This document shows positions 29,601 through 40,054 of a stretch of 64,000 bases of DNA, one piece after another. The position numbers and the translations under genes were made by a program. Position 1 is the stretch's first letter. Every line of letters starts with the position of its first letter. The DNA is from Caecitellus pseudoparvulus (Eukaryota; Protista; Bigyra: Bicosoecida): positions 1 to 64,000 of the forward strand of contig CBFFRQ010000053.1 of the NCBI GenBank assembly GCA_965644315.1, read 5' to 3'. The notes under the pieces are model-generated. The model saw only the letters and a program-made list of their open reading frames with translations, did not search any database and was not told the origin of the DNA.

Positions 29601-32600
29601 ATGCACCCGCAGAAACAGACGCTGTCCCACTCGTCGACTGACTAGGGGTGCCGCTCGGCGTGGATGAGGCAGAGGATGTTGCCGATGGAGTGGACGAGCT
29701 GGATGGGCTGGGTGTGCCGGTCATGGTGGCTGTGCCAGACACACTTGGCGTTCCAGACACGGTGGCAGTACCCGATACACTGGGCGTGCCGCTCTCACTC
29801 GCACTGCTCGTCGCTGTAGCCGTCCCGCTACCGCTCGCAGTGGCCGAAGTGCTGCTTGTCGCACTACGCGTCGACGTTGGAGATGCACCCGCAGAAACAG
29901 ACGCTGTCCCGCTCGTCGACTGACTAGGGGTGCCGCTCGGCGTGGATGAGGTAGAGGATGTTGCCGATGGAGTGGACGTGCTGGACGGGCTCGGTGTGCC
30001 GGTCATGGTGGCTGTGCCAGACATACTAGGTGTGCCAGACACAGTGGCTGTGCCGGAGACGCTGGGCGTGCCGGACACAGTGGCTGTGCCCGATACACTT
30101 GGCGTTCCAGACACGGTGGCAGTACCCGATACACTGGGCGTGCCGCTCTCACTCGCACTGCTCGTCGCTGTAGCCGTCCCGCTACCGCTCGCAGTGGCCG
30201 AAGTGCTGCTTGTCGCACTACGCGTCGACGTTGGAGATGCACCCGCAGAAACAGACGCTGTCCCGCTCGTCGACTGACTAGGGGTGCCGCTCGGCGTGGA
30301 TGAGGCAGAGGATGTTGCCGATGGAGTGGACGAGCTGGACGGGCTCGGTGTGCCGGTCATGGTGGCTGTGCCAGACATACTAGGTGTGCCGGACACAGTG
30401 GCTGTGCCGGAGACGCTGGGCGTGCCAGTCAAAGTGGCTGTGCCCGATACACTGGGCGTTCCAGATACTGTAGCTGTGCCCGATACACTGGGTGTGCCAG
30501 TCATTGTGGGCGTGCCCGATACACTTGGCGTTCCAGACACTGTGGCTGTGCCCGACACACTTGGAGTTCCAGTCGCAGTGGTCGTGCCTGACGCGCTGGG
30601 CGTTCCAGACACTGTGGCCGTACCCGACACGCTGGGCGTGCCGGACACAGTGGCGGTGCCCGACACACTGGGCGTTCCAGATACAGTTGCTGTGCCCGAG
30701 ACACTGGGCGTGCCAGTCATGGTGGGTGTGCCCGATACACTAGGCGTTCCAGACATTGTGACTGTGCCTGAGACACTTGGAGTTCCAGTCACAGTGGCTG
30801 TGCCTGTCATTGTGGGCGTGCCAGTCATTGTGGGCGATCCAGTTTGGCTGGGGGTTGAGGTGCTTGATGGGGTCCCTGACACTGTTTGAGTTGCTGTTTG
30901 TGTCGCAGTGGCGGACGGCGTTGGTGTCCCGCTGGATGTAGGAGTGGCCGTGGGAGTTGGAGTGGGGCTCGGTGGCATGATGGACACAAAACCAGCTGCA
31001 CTAGGGTGCTCATTGTCACCAATGTGCGCAGATGAACCGTAGCCAAGCTTTCCGAAAGAGCCAGATCCCCAGCACACAACATGGCCGCAGTCAAGCAATG
31101 CACAGACATGCGCGTTCCCAGCCCCAATGTTCATCGCAATGTTGCCCAGTGGCATCTGCACCATGCCAACGCTTGCAGGTGCCTCATCGTCACCAATATC
31201 CGAGGTCTGAGCGTACCCCGTCTCCCCATACTGCCCACGTCCCCAACACTTTATCTCATGCGTGTCAAGAACAGCACAAGTGACGTAGAAGCCAGCTGTG
31301 ATCTCAATTGCAGTCCTTCCAGCGTGTAAGTTGATGGGCCCCACAGTTCCCGGAGTTTGGCTTTGGCCAATGTTGTTGGTGTTGGCGTAGCCAAGCCGCC
31401 CGTTTGCCCCCATCCCCCAGCACAGAACGTCTCCCGTATCAAGGATGGCGCATGTGTGGTAGTATCCAACAGCAACCCGGACTGCTGTCCGGCCCACTCC
31501 AACTGGGACAGGTCCAACACTTCCAGGCGTTTCATCATCGCCAATGTCCTGATTGATTGTGGAACCGTACCCAAGAACACCAAGCGACCGACTTCCCCAG
31601 CAAAACAGATCACCATCACTCGACAACGCACAAGAATGATACCCACCACACCCAATCGCAACGGCTTGCACGCCTCCTCCCAGGTCCACTACAGGTGATG
31701 AGCTTGGCAGCTCATCATCGCCAATGTTTGCCACTCCATTGCTGTTCCCCAAACGCCCACTACCGCCAGCACCCCAGCAAAGCACGTTTCCAGTATCCAG
31801 GACAGCACATGTGTGTCTTAAGCCTGCTGCGATGTGCTCTGCTGTGCGGCCGGTTCCAAGGTCGACAGCTCCGACGGCAGCCGGGACTTCGTCATCGCCC
31901 ACATCATCCGTGTTCCCATAGCCAAGCTGCCCTTCTGAGCCCTCCCCCCAGCAATGCACATCGCCGTTGGTCAAAATGGCGCACGTGTGATGGCTACCTG
32001 CAGTGACTGTCGACGCAGGTCCAGGCAGCTGAACTGCACCTGATTCGTGGGGCAGGTTTGTCATCCCTGTCGAGGCAGTGTTTCCGTACCCAAGTCTGCC
32101 TTCGTTGCCATAGCCCCAGCACACAACTTCATTGGCTGTCGTCACAGCACACGTGTGAGACGCCCCTCCAGACACAACGATGCAGCCTCGAGTGCTGCCG
32201 CATGGGGCGCGCGTCATGCTGGTAGATGGAGACCCGGATGGTGTGCTGGAGGATGTCGCCGTGGTAGAGGGAGTGACTGTCTGAGATGGCGAGCTCGACG
32301 GCGTCATTGCAGGCGTTGAGGTTCCACTTGGCGTCTGCGAGGGAGTGGGAGTTGCAGTGGCACTGGCCATTGCAGGAAAGTTCGCTTGCAGGCTGTTGCC
32401 AAGGTGCAGGGAAGAGATGATCAGGCGGCCCACTTGGGACTGCCCAGACAGTTCTTGGTTCGGCACGCCAAACGCAACTTCGATGCTGCCATCCCCGTCC
32501 AAATCCCCGAGCACACACGGCCGGCCCATCTCAGAGCCACCTGCTGTGACCAGCTGCTGCATACCACCATAGGTGTGCGGGATGTGGTGAAAACGTTTCA

Positions 32601-35600
32601 GGCTAGCGTCGCCTGCAGAGCTTCCACCCAGAGCGATGAGGTACAGCCCTCCTTGCGCAGCTCCACCCTCCGCCTGAGCAGAGCCAATGTAGAGGTCAAC
32701 TGAAGCAGTGGTGTCCACCGTTTGAATCATACTATGGCTCCCAAACCAGCCCAGAGCTTGAGAGGGTGCTCGGACAGAACTCCACGGGGCCCACGGATGG
32801 ACGCCTTGGTCGTCGGCAACGGCTGCTGCTGGAATCTCAGCGCCGTCGGTCAAAACATCGACTGGATACATGGAAGCCGAATCCTTGAGATTTACGATGT
32901 ACACGCTGGCTGCAACATCTGGAGAGTTGTGCGTCACGATCACTTCTTGCTTCAGGCCGTCCGCGTTCAGGTCGCCTGCAGCTGCCACGCCGTAGCCCAA
33001 GTGCAGGTCAGCTGCGGCAACAAATGGGGCTGACGGGGAGGTCACGCCCATGAGGAACGTGTCCACGATTTCCAGACTCTCAGTGTTCACAGGGAACACT
33101 GCCACTCCGCCAAGAAAGCCGAAGCCTCCATGTGGGATCCTCGGAGCGCCCATGAGAATGACGGCGCGGTTTGCCTCAGGCCAGTCCTCGTGCAGGACCG
33201 CCACAGACTCTCCAAGCCTGCAGTCGCTGGCATATCCTGCGTCGTACGATATCCTCCCTGACTGTACGTTGTCTGTCACATCCACCTTCAGCGGGAGCAC
33301 CGCCTGCACTTGGCCGGAGATGTCAAGCGACAAGATTGCGCCACCTCCCACAAACACACCAATGTGATACGGACAGCCGACAACAACCTCACCGTACCCA
33401 TCATTGTTCAGGTCGCCAGCCCATGCTAGGGATGTTCCACACATTCCGACCTCATTTGGGGCTTGACCCAGGGCGTCCCAGGCTGAGCTGGATGCAGGGT
33501 CAATGCGCTGCGCGAACGCCACGCGCCTGTCAGACTGCAAGTGGAGCACCGTGACAGCACCCACAGGATTCCCATTGTGTTCAGCCAGGGCCGACCCAAC
33601 GATCAAGTCCATGACTCCATCGTGGTTCACGTCTGCGATGGGTGCCATGGAGCTGCCGAAAGTATCGCCCGTGCCTGCGCCGCCAGAAAACGCCGGCAAC
33701 GCGGCGAGGACAGGGTCCACAACTGGGTCAATCGGCTGTGCATCGCGGAGCGGGCAGGATGCATGCCCGGCTTCCACTTGGGCCCAAGACCGCGCCGATC
33801 CGCCCAAGAAGGACGCTGGCGGCCGCCACTGCATGCGCACCAGCCTGCCTGTCACAGTGGTACCGCCGTGCTCGTCGCCCCATGCCGATCCAAACAAGGT
33901 AAGCGTGCCTTCGGAAGCTGAATCTCCGCCGAAAGCAAGGGCTCCCCAATGAGTCCCAGTTGGCACAGCAGGGGTGTTGGCCGCGAGGTCTGCTGGAGGT
34001 AGGCCAAGCTGGTAGTCAGAGATACGGATGGTTTCAAAGCTCCGCAGCGAAAAGTCCGAGTTTAGGTACGCAATGTACGCAGTCCCTGCAAAAGGCAAGA
34101 GATCCTTGTCGTCGTCGTCATCTGAAAAGAGCAGGTCAGGCACACCGTCGCCGTTCAGATCGGGCGCGATACTGCCTCCATGAACGCGAAACTCTGGGTT
34201 CATCGCAGTCACATCGTGCAGTGCAAACATGCCTCCGTCAGATCCAATGGACGAAGCGGAGAGAGTGTGGTGCAGCTGAAACACGCCCGATCCAGCCAAG
34301 GTGCCCAGAAAAATACGAGGGTTGCTCGCGCCCGGGGCACCAGCAGCAATTTCATTCCGCATCCCGTCGCCGTTTACGTCGCCAAGTGCTGCAAGCGAAC
34401 TCCCGAGTGCCGCACCAGGAGCCAGCACGGGCATTCCGTTGACGTTGTTCTTGAGTACCACAGCACCCCTCGCGTCATTCGAAGCGTCGAGGAAGAAAAC
34501 GATCAAGATACCGCGGCCTGAGTCTGCGGCAGGCAGGCCAGCCACCATGTCCACGACACCGTCGCTGTCCAGGTCTGTCTGCAACCCGGCAACTGACGCG
34601 CCCAAACTGCTCGTCCCAGCTGCCATGCCTGTGATCTCCACTGGGGCCACACCGCTGTTCCGATCCAAGGCGTACAGGAATGAAAGGTGACCATCAAAAG
34701 CCGTGCTGGCGATCATGATGGCCTCGCCGCCCACCGGCGCCGTGTCAGAGTAGCAGCCAATTGCGAGTTCAGCAAGGCCATCTCCGTCCACATCTCCCAA
34801 CACAGCCATTGACGCTCCACATGTCTTCAAATACGCAGTGCAGGGCAGGTCTGTGAGAGTGTTGCTCCACATCTGCGGCACGACAGGGGTAAGTGGGTCA
34901 GGAGTGCTCGGGGAGCCAGCCAGCAGGACACTGCCGTAAAAGTCCGGCGTGCCGCAGTACGTAAAGTCGGCCCTGGGAACGCCAATGAACAACTCTGTCG
35001 TACCGTCACACATGGAGTCAAAGGGAAGGAAAGCCCGGCCCAGCTCTCGGCTCTCGCCATGGAAGGAAGTCGCGCCTGCAATGCCGGGCTCTGCACGGTC
35101 GTGGCGGTGGGCACCAGCAATGCTGCAACGATCAACTTGAGCCATTGCTTCCAAACCTGGTGTGCGCTGCGCCCAGTCACGTTCGTTCCCGATTAGAGTG
35201 AAGGGGTGCAACTCTGTTTCTCCAGAGTCGATGCCCGAGAAGTGTGGCTTTCCAAGCGCCAGCACTGGCCGCCCACCAAGGAGTCCAGTGAAGTTTCCCA
35301 GGAAGGCAGCAGATGGGCGAAACCAGTCATCCGTTGGAGCAGCTGGGTCAATGCCTCCATTTCCTGGGCTGAGCGTGTCCAACCGCACGAGATGATCAGT
35401 TGTCGCAGCACCAACAGTCGCAAGCACAACGCCGCTCTTGCACGTCAAGGGCAGCACTACGTCTTGCGCACCATTGGCCGCGGAAGAAATGCTGAGCGGA
35501 GGGAAGGTTCCGGCTGCTGCTCGCACGGAACACTCATCTTCAGCCGGGAATAAGCTAGGGGCATTGCTGAGGCCAGTCACGCTGCGCTTGAGAACCCTGT

Positions 35601-37940
35601 ACTCTGCCAGGGTCCCTCCGGATTCGAGGTTCGCAAGCATGACGTACCCGTTGCCGCCGTCCCCCAAAGGCGCGCCGATCGCAAGCGTGTGCGGGAGCCC
35701 ATCCCCGAAGATGTCCGCACTCAGGCGGGCGACACCCTCGCCGAAGTATATCAGCGCCGTGTTCGAGTCGGTTCCTCCAGACAGGGTGTCTTGATCAGGG
35801 AAACCGGCCAAGCCTGGAGCAATAGTCGGCATCATGCTCTGAAGGGGGCTTGACCGCTCTGGCTGAAGCAGGGTGATCACAACGCCCCCAGTCCCGCCGG
35901 CCCCATTGTCAGGAGCACGAGGGCAACCAACCACAATGTCTGGGCTGAGTTGCTTGTCGAAGTTCCCAATGGACGCCAAGCCCGATCCACAGCCAGACTC
36001 CGCAAGTATGTCAAACGCGTTGTGTGCAGCAACTGACCCGTCTGAAGCCAGGAAGAGAACCACCACCAAGCCCTCATCACCCCCTGATCGGGTGAGAAAC
36101 ATGTACTCTGGCGCACCCACACCAAGATCAGGAATGCCGTCCCTGTCAATGTCCCCAATAGCTGCTACTTCGTACCCAAAGTTGTGGCCAGGACCCACTC
36201 CTGCCACGCTGCTGCCATGAAACACGTAGCCTTCGTTGCCAGGGACCGGCTGCAGGGTTGCATGTTCAATGCGTTGCACGACAATGCTGCCGTGCAAACC
36301 TGCTCCTGTCCCGGGAACGCCAGTCACGATCAGGAACACTTCGGGTTGTGACGTCGCGAACGGTCCTCCACAGAAGCCCCGCTCGATGGCGAGGGCGTGG
36401 CCTGCGGAGATATTCGTGTGGGGCGGCGGCACACCATCCGCAGAATCCAGGGAGATTCTCTCCGTCTCGTCAATTATTCTTGCTCGAGGATCCAGGGAGA
36501 CTGGGTACGGCAGCCAATCGGTGCTGGCAGCATTCAGGTCCAGGGCACCAAAAGAGACTGCAGGGGGTGATAGCGAGCCCCAGGCAACAACTGGGGACTG
36601 GCTGCCCCCTGGTGCAACGCCTCCATTCCACGACAAGTACGCCGCTGCTCCGAACCCCACAGCAGGCACGCTGGCCCCTGTGCTTGCATCCAGTCGTTGG
36701 GCGGATTTCTGAATGACATCAAATGCGAGTGGGGCCACGGTGAAGGCGCCTTGGCCACCAGTTGCGCTTGGAGAATGCAAAAGCAGCTCTGGCTGCCCGT
36801 CTCCGTCCAAGTCAGGGGCAAGATCTTCGATTCTGGTGAAACCATTAGGGAAGGAAGCGGCGGCCCAGGAGCCAGAGAGAGGCAAGGGATCCACCCTGAG
36901 TGGAGCCAGTTCGAGGTCAAACGAGCAGGCAAACACAACACCGTCGTTTGATGCATCTGAATCCATCCCTGGGGCGCTGATGTACACTTGCTGGCTAGCT
37001 ATTCCCGGAAACAAGTCGTGCCCGACCACCACCGAGCCGCCAAAGAATGCTTCTGCAGACAACATGCCTGTTGTGGGTCCATTAGAATTAGTAAGCTCAG
37101 CCCGCAGGCCAGTCAGCCTAAGCACACTTCCATCAAACCTCACACCGAAGAAAAAAGCTCCTCCAGCGTCGTTGCTGCCCCACTTGGAAGCTCCCACGAC
37201 CAAGCCAACCGTGTCCGCAGATGATGGTGGCCACACCTGTGCCATGGAGCTGCCATAGTCCTCCATGTTTGACAGCGTTAGACCTGTGAGAGGCACGTCG
37301 ATTCCGTCGACGGGGCCAACAACGTTGCTGTGGGCCACTTCAAATGTATCTGTGAAGCCGATCAGCGCCATGCCGCCCGACTCAGCCCCCGACAGAGTGG
37401 CACCTGGCATGCCGATGGCGTACTCTTGGGTCGAGGGGTCAAGATCAACTTCACCTGTGGCGATACAGCAAGTTCGGCGGTACATGCAACGATAGATCCC
37501 GCTCCGCGAGGCAGCGCGGGACACGCACCGATGAAGACCATGGAGTGCCCGAAGCGAGCGCCCGCTTGGGGCGGCAGGGGAAACTCGGCTAGATCAGGGG
37601 CCAGCTGCACCACCCTCTGCACCAGCACTGGCTTGTCCAGGGACGGGCCTCGCCCAAGCACCAGCACTGCGACAGCTCCACAGTCGCTTTCACCTGTGAT
37701 GCACGTGTACTCGGGAAAGCCCACCGCGATCTCAGGCAGCACGTCGGGCCCCACCCGCCCCAGGCGAGACAAGCGGAGCCCATCAGCCATTGAGAACGAG
37801 TCCACTTGCTGGGCCAGCCTCCCCCGCAGCAAGCTAGCCAGTGGCTGTATGTCCAGAGCCGATCTCAACTGCAGCGCCAGCGAAACGCCAACAAACACTG
37901 CAAGCAGCAGCGAAGCCTGCAGAGCGCGAGCCGCGGCCAT
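23635..37940 (-). CDS. Giant adhesion/receptor-like protein (~4743 aa): signal peptide, many FG-GAP/integrin-alpha propeller repeats, RCC1 propeller, Ser/Thr mucin stalk, Ig-like region, Cys-rich repeats, multi-TM domain, cytoplasmic tail. One intron, 37455-37528
   Basis: Exon 1 from ATG 37940 (MAAARALQASLLLAVFVGVSLA). The 74-nt GTGCGT...CCACAG intron joins SMVFI-G-EVDLDP in frame with the 4629-aa ORF. Repeated GD.D.DG..DL.VGAP motifs at ~32400-37800; RCC1 repeats at ~30985-32180. Confidence 0.9.
29300..30970 (-). repeat. Coding minisatellite (mucin-like stalk): 18/36-bp SGTPSV/SGTATV units nested in 282- and 354-bp higher-order duplications
   Basis: Near-identical blocks start at 29648, 29930 and 30284 (spacings 282 and 354; the difference is 72 = 2x36). 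Confidence 0.9.
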
Positions 37941-38949
37941 GTTGGGCGATGGCAACCTCTGCGGGGTGCACATCAATAAGGTGAGAAGTTTGAGAACACG
38001 TTTGTGCCGCGAGCTGCCCTCGCGAGCTAGCTGCACAGCTGCGAGCTGCAGCAAGCCAAAAGCCGCAAGCACAGCAGAATCACCCGAGCGCAAGCTCTTC
38101 GCGGAGGCCTCAGGGGGCAGCATGAGCATGTGAACACTCCTGCTTGGAGGGCGCGTCCACCCCACAAGGGGTTGTGGAATGCGTCCAGCGCTTCGCCCCC
38201 GTCCCGCAGCTCCCGCAAAGCATGGTGAAGCAAAGCAAGGCAGGCAACCTCAACCACGCCACGGGGCCGAGCACGACAAGGAGCTGCAGAGCAAGGCAAG
38301 CTGCCAGCACACAGCAACTCAAAGCACTCACATCGCAGATTGCGAGGCCTAGGGAGCCCCTCTACGCAGCGCAGAGCGTGCGCGCTGCCAATGGAGGCTT
38401 CGCCCCAACGCTGTCGCTGCGCGCTGCACTGCACTTGAGCGAGAAGGGAAAAAGAAGAACCACGCAGCGCTTCACAGGAGCTCTACGAGCATGCAATTCA
38501 GTCACCGCAGTCAGCTTATGTCCGTTACTTTCCTGGCGGGTGTAAAAATGCACAGCAGCTCACTGTGCCGCGACTGCGAGGCTGGGCAGCCTCCACCGCG
38601 GAAACAGGAAAAACGGCGGCAGCAGACCGTTCGAGACTGTGAAGGTGCCGTGCTTGGCAGACTTGCCAAGGCGTCCCCCTTGTCTGCTGTCGCACCCGGG
38701 GTACGAAAGGGAAAGGCAGGCTTATCCAGCGCCCGGTACCAATTTTCAGCTCAGCAACTCTACGCCTTGCTCGATTTCTTTGCGCTTCTACATGCGCGTG
38801 CGTTGAAGTTGCGTGGAACGGCCTCGGGTTCAGCGGAAGGCACGCGATGCTCAAATACGCGCCGAATGAGCGGGCCAGCCTTGCCCGAATGCACAAAGTA
38901 TATGTCGCAGACTTAGAGGCCAGTATCGCACGGCCGTGTACATGGGTTT

Positions 38950-39064
38950 GCATTCCGAAGCTGTGCAAGGGACCCCACCGCGAGAACTGCGCCCAGCTTG
39001 TCACCGTCCCACGCAGGTGGCAGCTGCGGGGACGATGCGAGCATGGACAGGTCAGAGCAACACA
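38950..39064 (-). promoter_or_regulatory. Candidate non-canonical SECIS region in the SELENOT 3'UTR
   Basis: Two overlapping imperfect hairpins on the minus strand: cTGAC-CTGTCCATGC...GCGTGGGACGG-TGAC (~39000-39055) and GTGAC-AAGCTG...CAGCTT-CGGA (~38953-39004). Neither has the canonical apical AA. Confidence 0.25.
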
Positions 39065-39134
39065 CCAGCCCATCGGCTGTTGCTGCGTTGCCCATCGTTA
39101 GAGTTCCCAGGGCTGGGGCGCCGTCGCTAGAGTC

Positions 39135-39817
39135 TTATTGCTGCGGGACTGGCATGGCGTCGACATCTGACCATGTCGGCAAGCCTTTCTCGCGCAGAAG
39201 CTCCACCAGGTGCTCCACTCTAAGGACACCTCCTGTCTCTAGCTTGCTGTGGATGAGTTCCCCGTCCAGGGAGATCTCAAAGGCGCCGGAAGCCGATACT
39301 TTGGAGGCGAGCTGCCCGGCGATGAAGAAGACGCCGACCAGCATGAGCTTGTTGTCCAGCAGGCTGCGGAGGAGCTCTGGCGTCTGGATGCCGAGCGTTT
39401 GAAAGGCGGTGTCGCCAGTGAGCACGAGCACGATGCCGGCCCACTGGATGATGGTCAAGATGGTGGCCAGCGCCTGAGCGCCAGCCGAGGTGGGGTAGGT
39501 GCTGCCTACAATGTTTGAGCCACTTGAGAAGTCAGGGAACGTGTCTTCCAGCACCGCTTTCTGGCGCAGGAATTCGTTCCGGTATCCTCATGCCGTGCCT
39601 GCACAGATGGCGGTGGGGCTACTCGGTCAGCTGAGGCTTGCGTTTCTGTGGCGTTGCGCAGATGCTCACAGAAGGCAAAGCGCAGGGTGTGCTCTGCAGA
39701 GCCGTCCGGCTGGCCGACTGCCTTGTCGGGCATGTCTGGTTCACTCGCAAAGAAAGGAGCGACGATCTGGGCAGCAAGAACTGCGCCCAAAGCCGCAATC
39801 AGGAGCTGGCTCCGCAT
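39135..39817 (-). CDS. SELENOT: Selenoprotein T (Rdx family), 203 aa, CxxU motif. Intron 39599-39669; Sec UGA at 39588-39590
   Basis: ATG 39817 followed by a signal peptide (MRSQLLIAALGAVLAAQIV). Splicing GTGAGC...CTGAC...GTGCAG gives LRFAF-C-T-A-TGA-GYRNEF. Downstream SelT hallmarks: IVGSTYP, a hydrophobic hairpin, SGAFEISLDGELIHSKLETG. Confidence 0.93.
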
Positions 39818-40054
39818 GTGCGGGAATTGTGTGGTGCACACGAAGCAAACCACGCCCAGGACAGGGGGAGACTGGGCTGCTGCCTGGCAACGACGGTGGC
39901 AGACACCGGGGGCTAGTTGAATTAGTGCGCGCAAGGAAGTGCGCTGTGTCCCGTCTTTTGGTTGATGGAGTTCAGGCGACAGTTGCCCAAGCAGAAGGTT
40001 GCATTCGTGTCCCAGCCTCGCCTCGAAGCGCCGACCTGACTGCTTGGAGAATCA

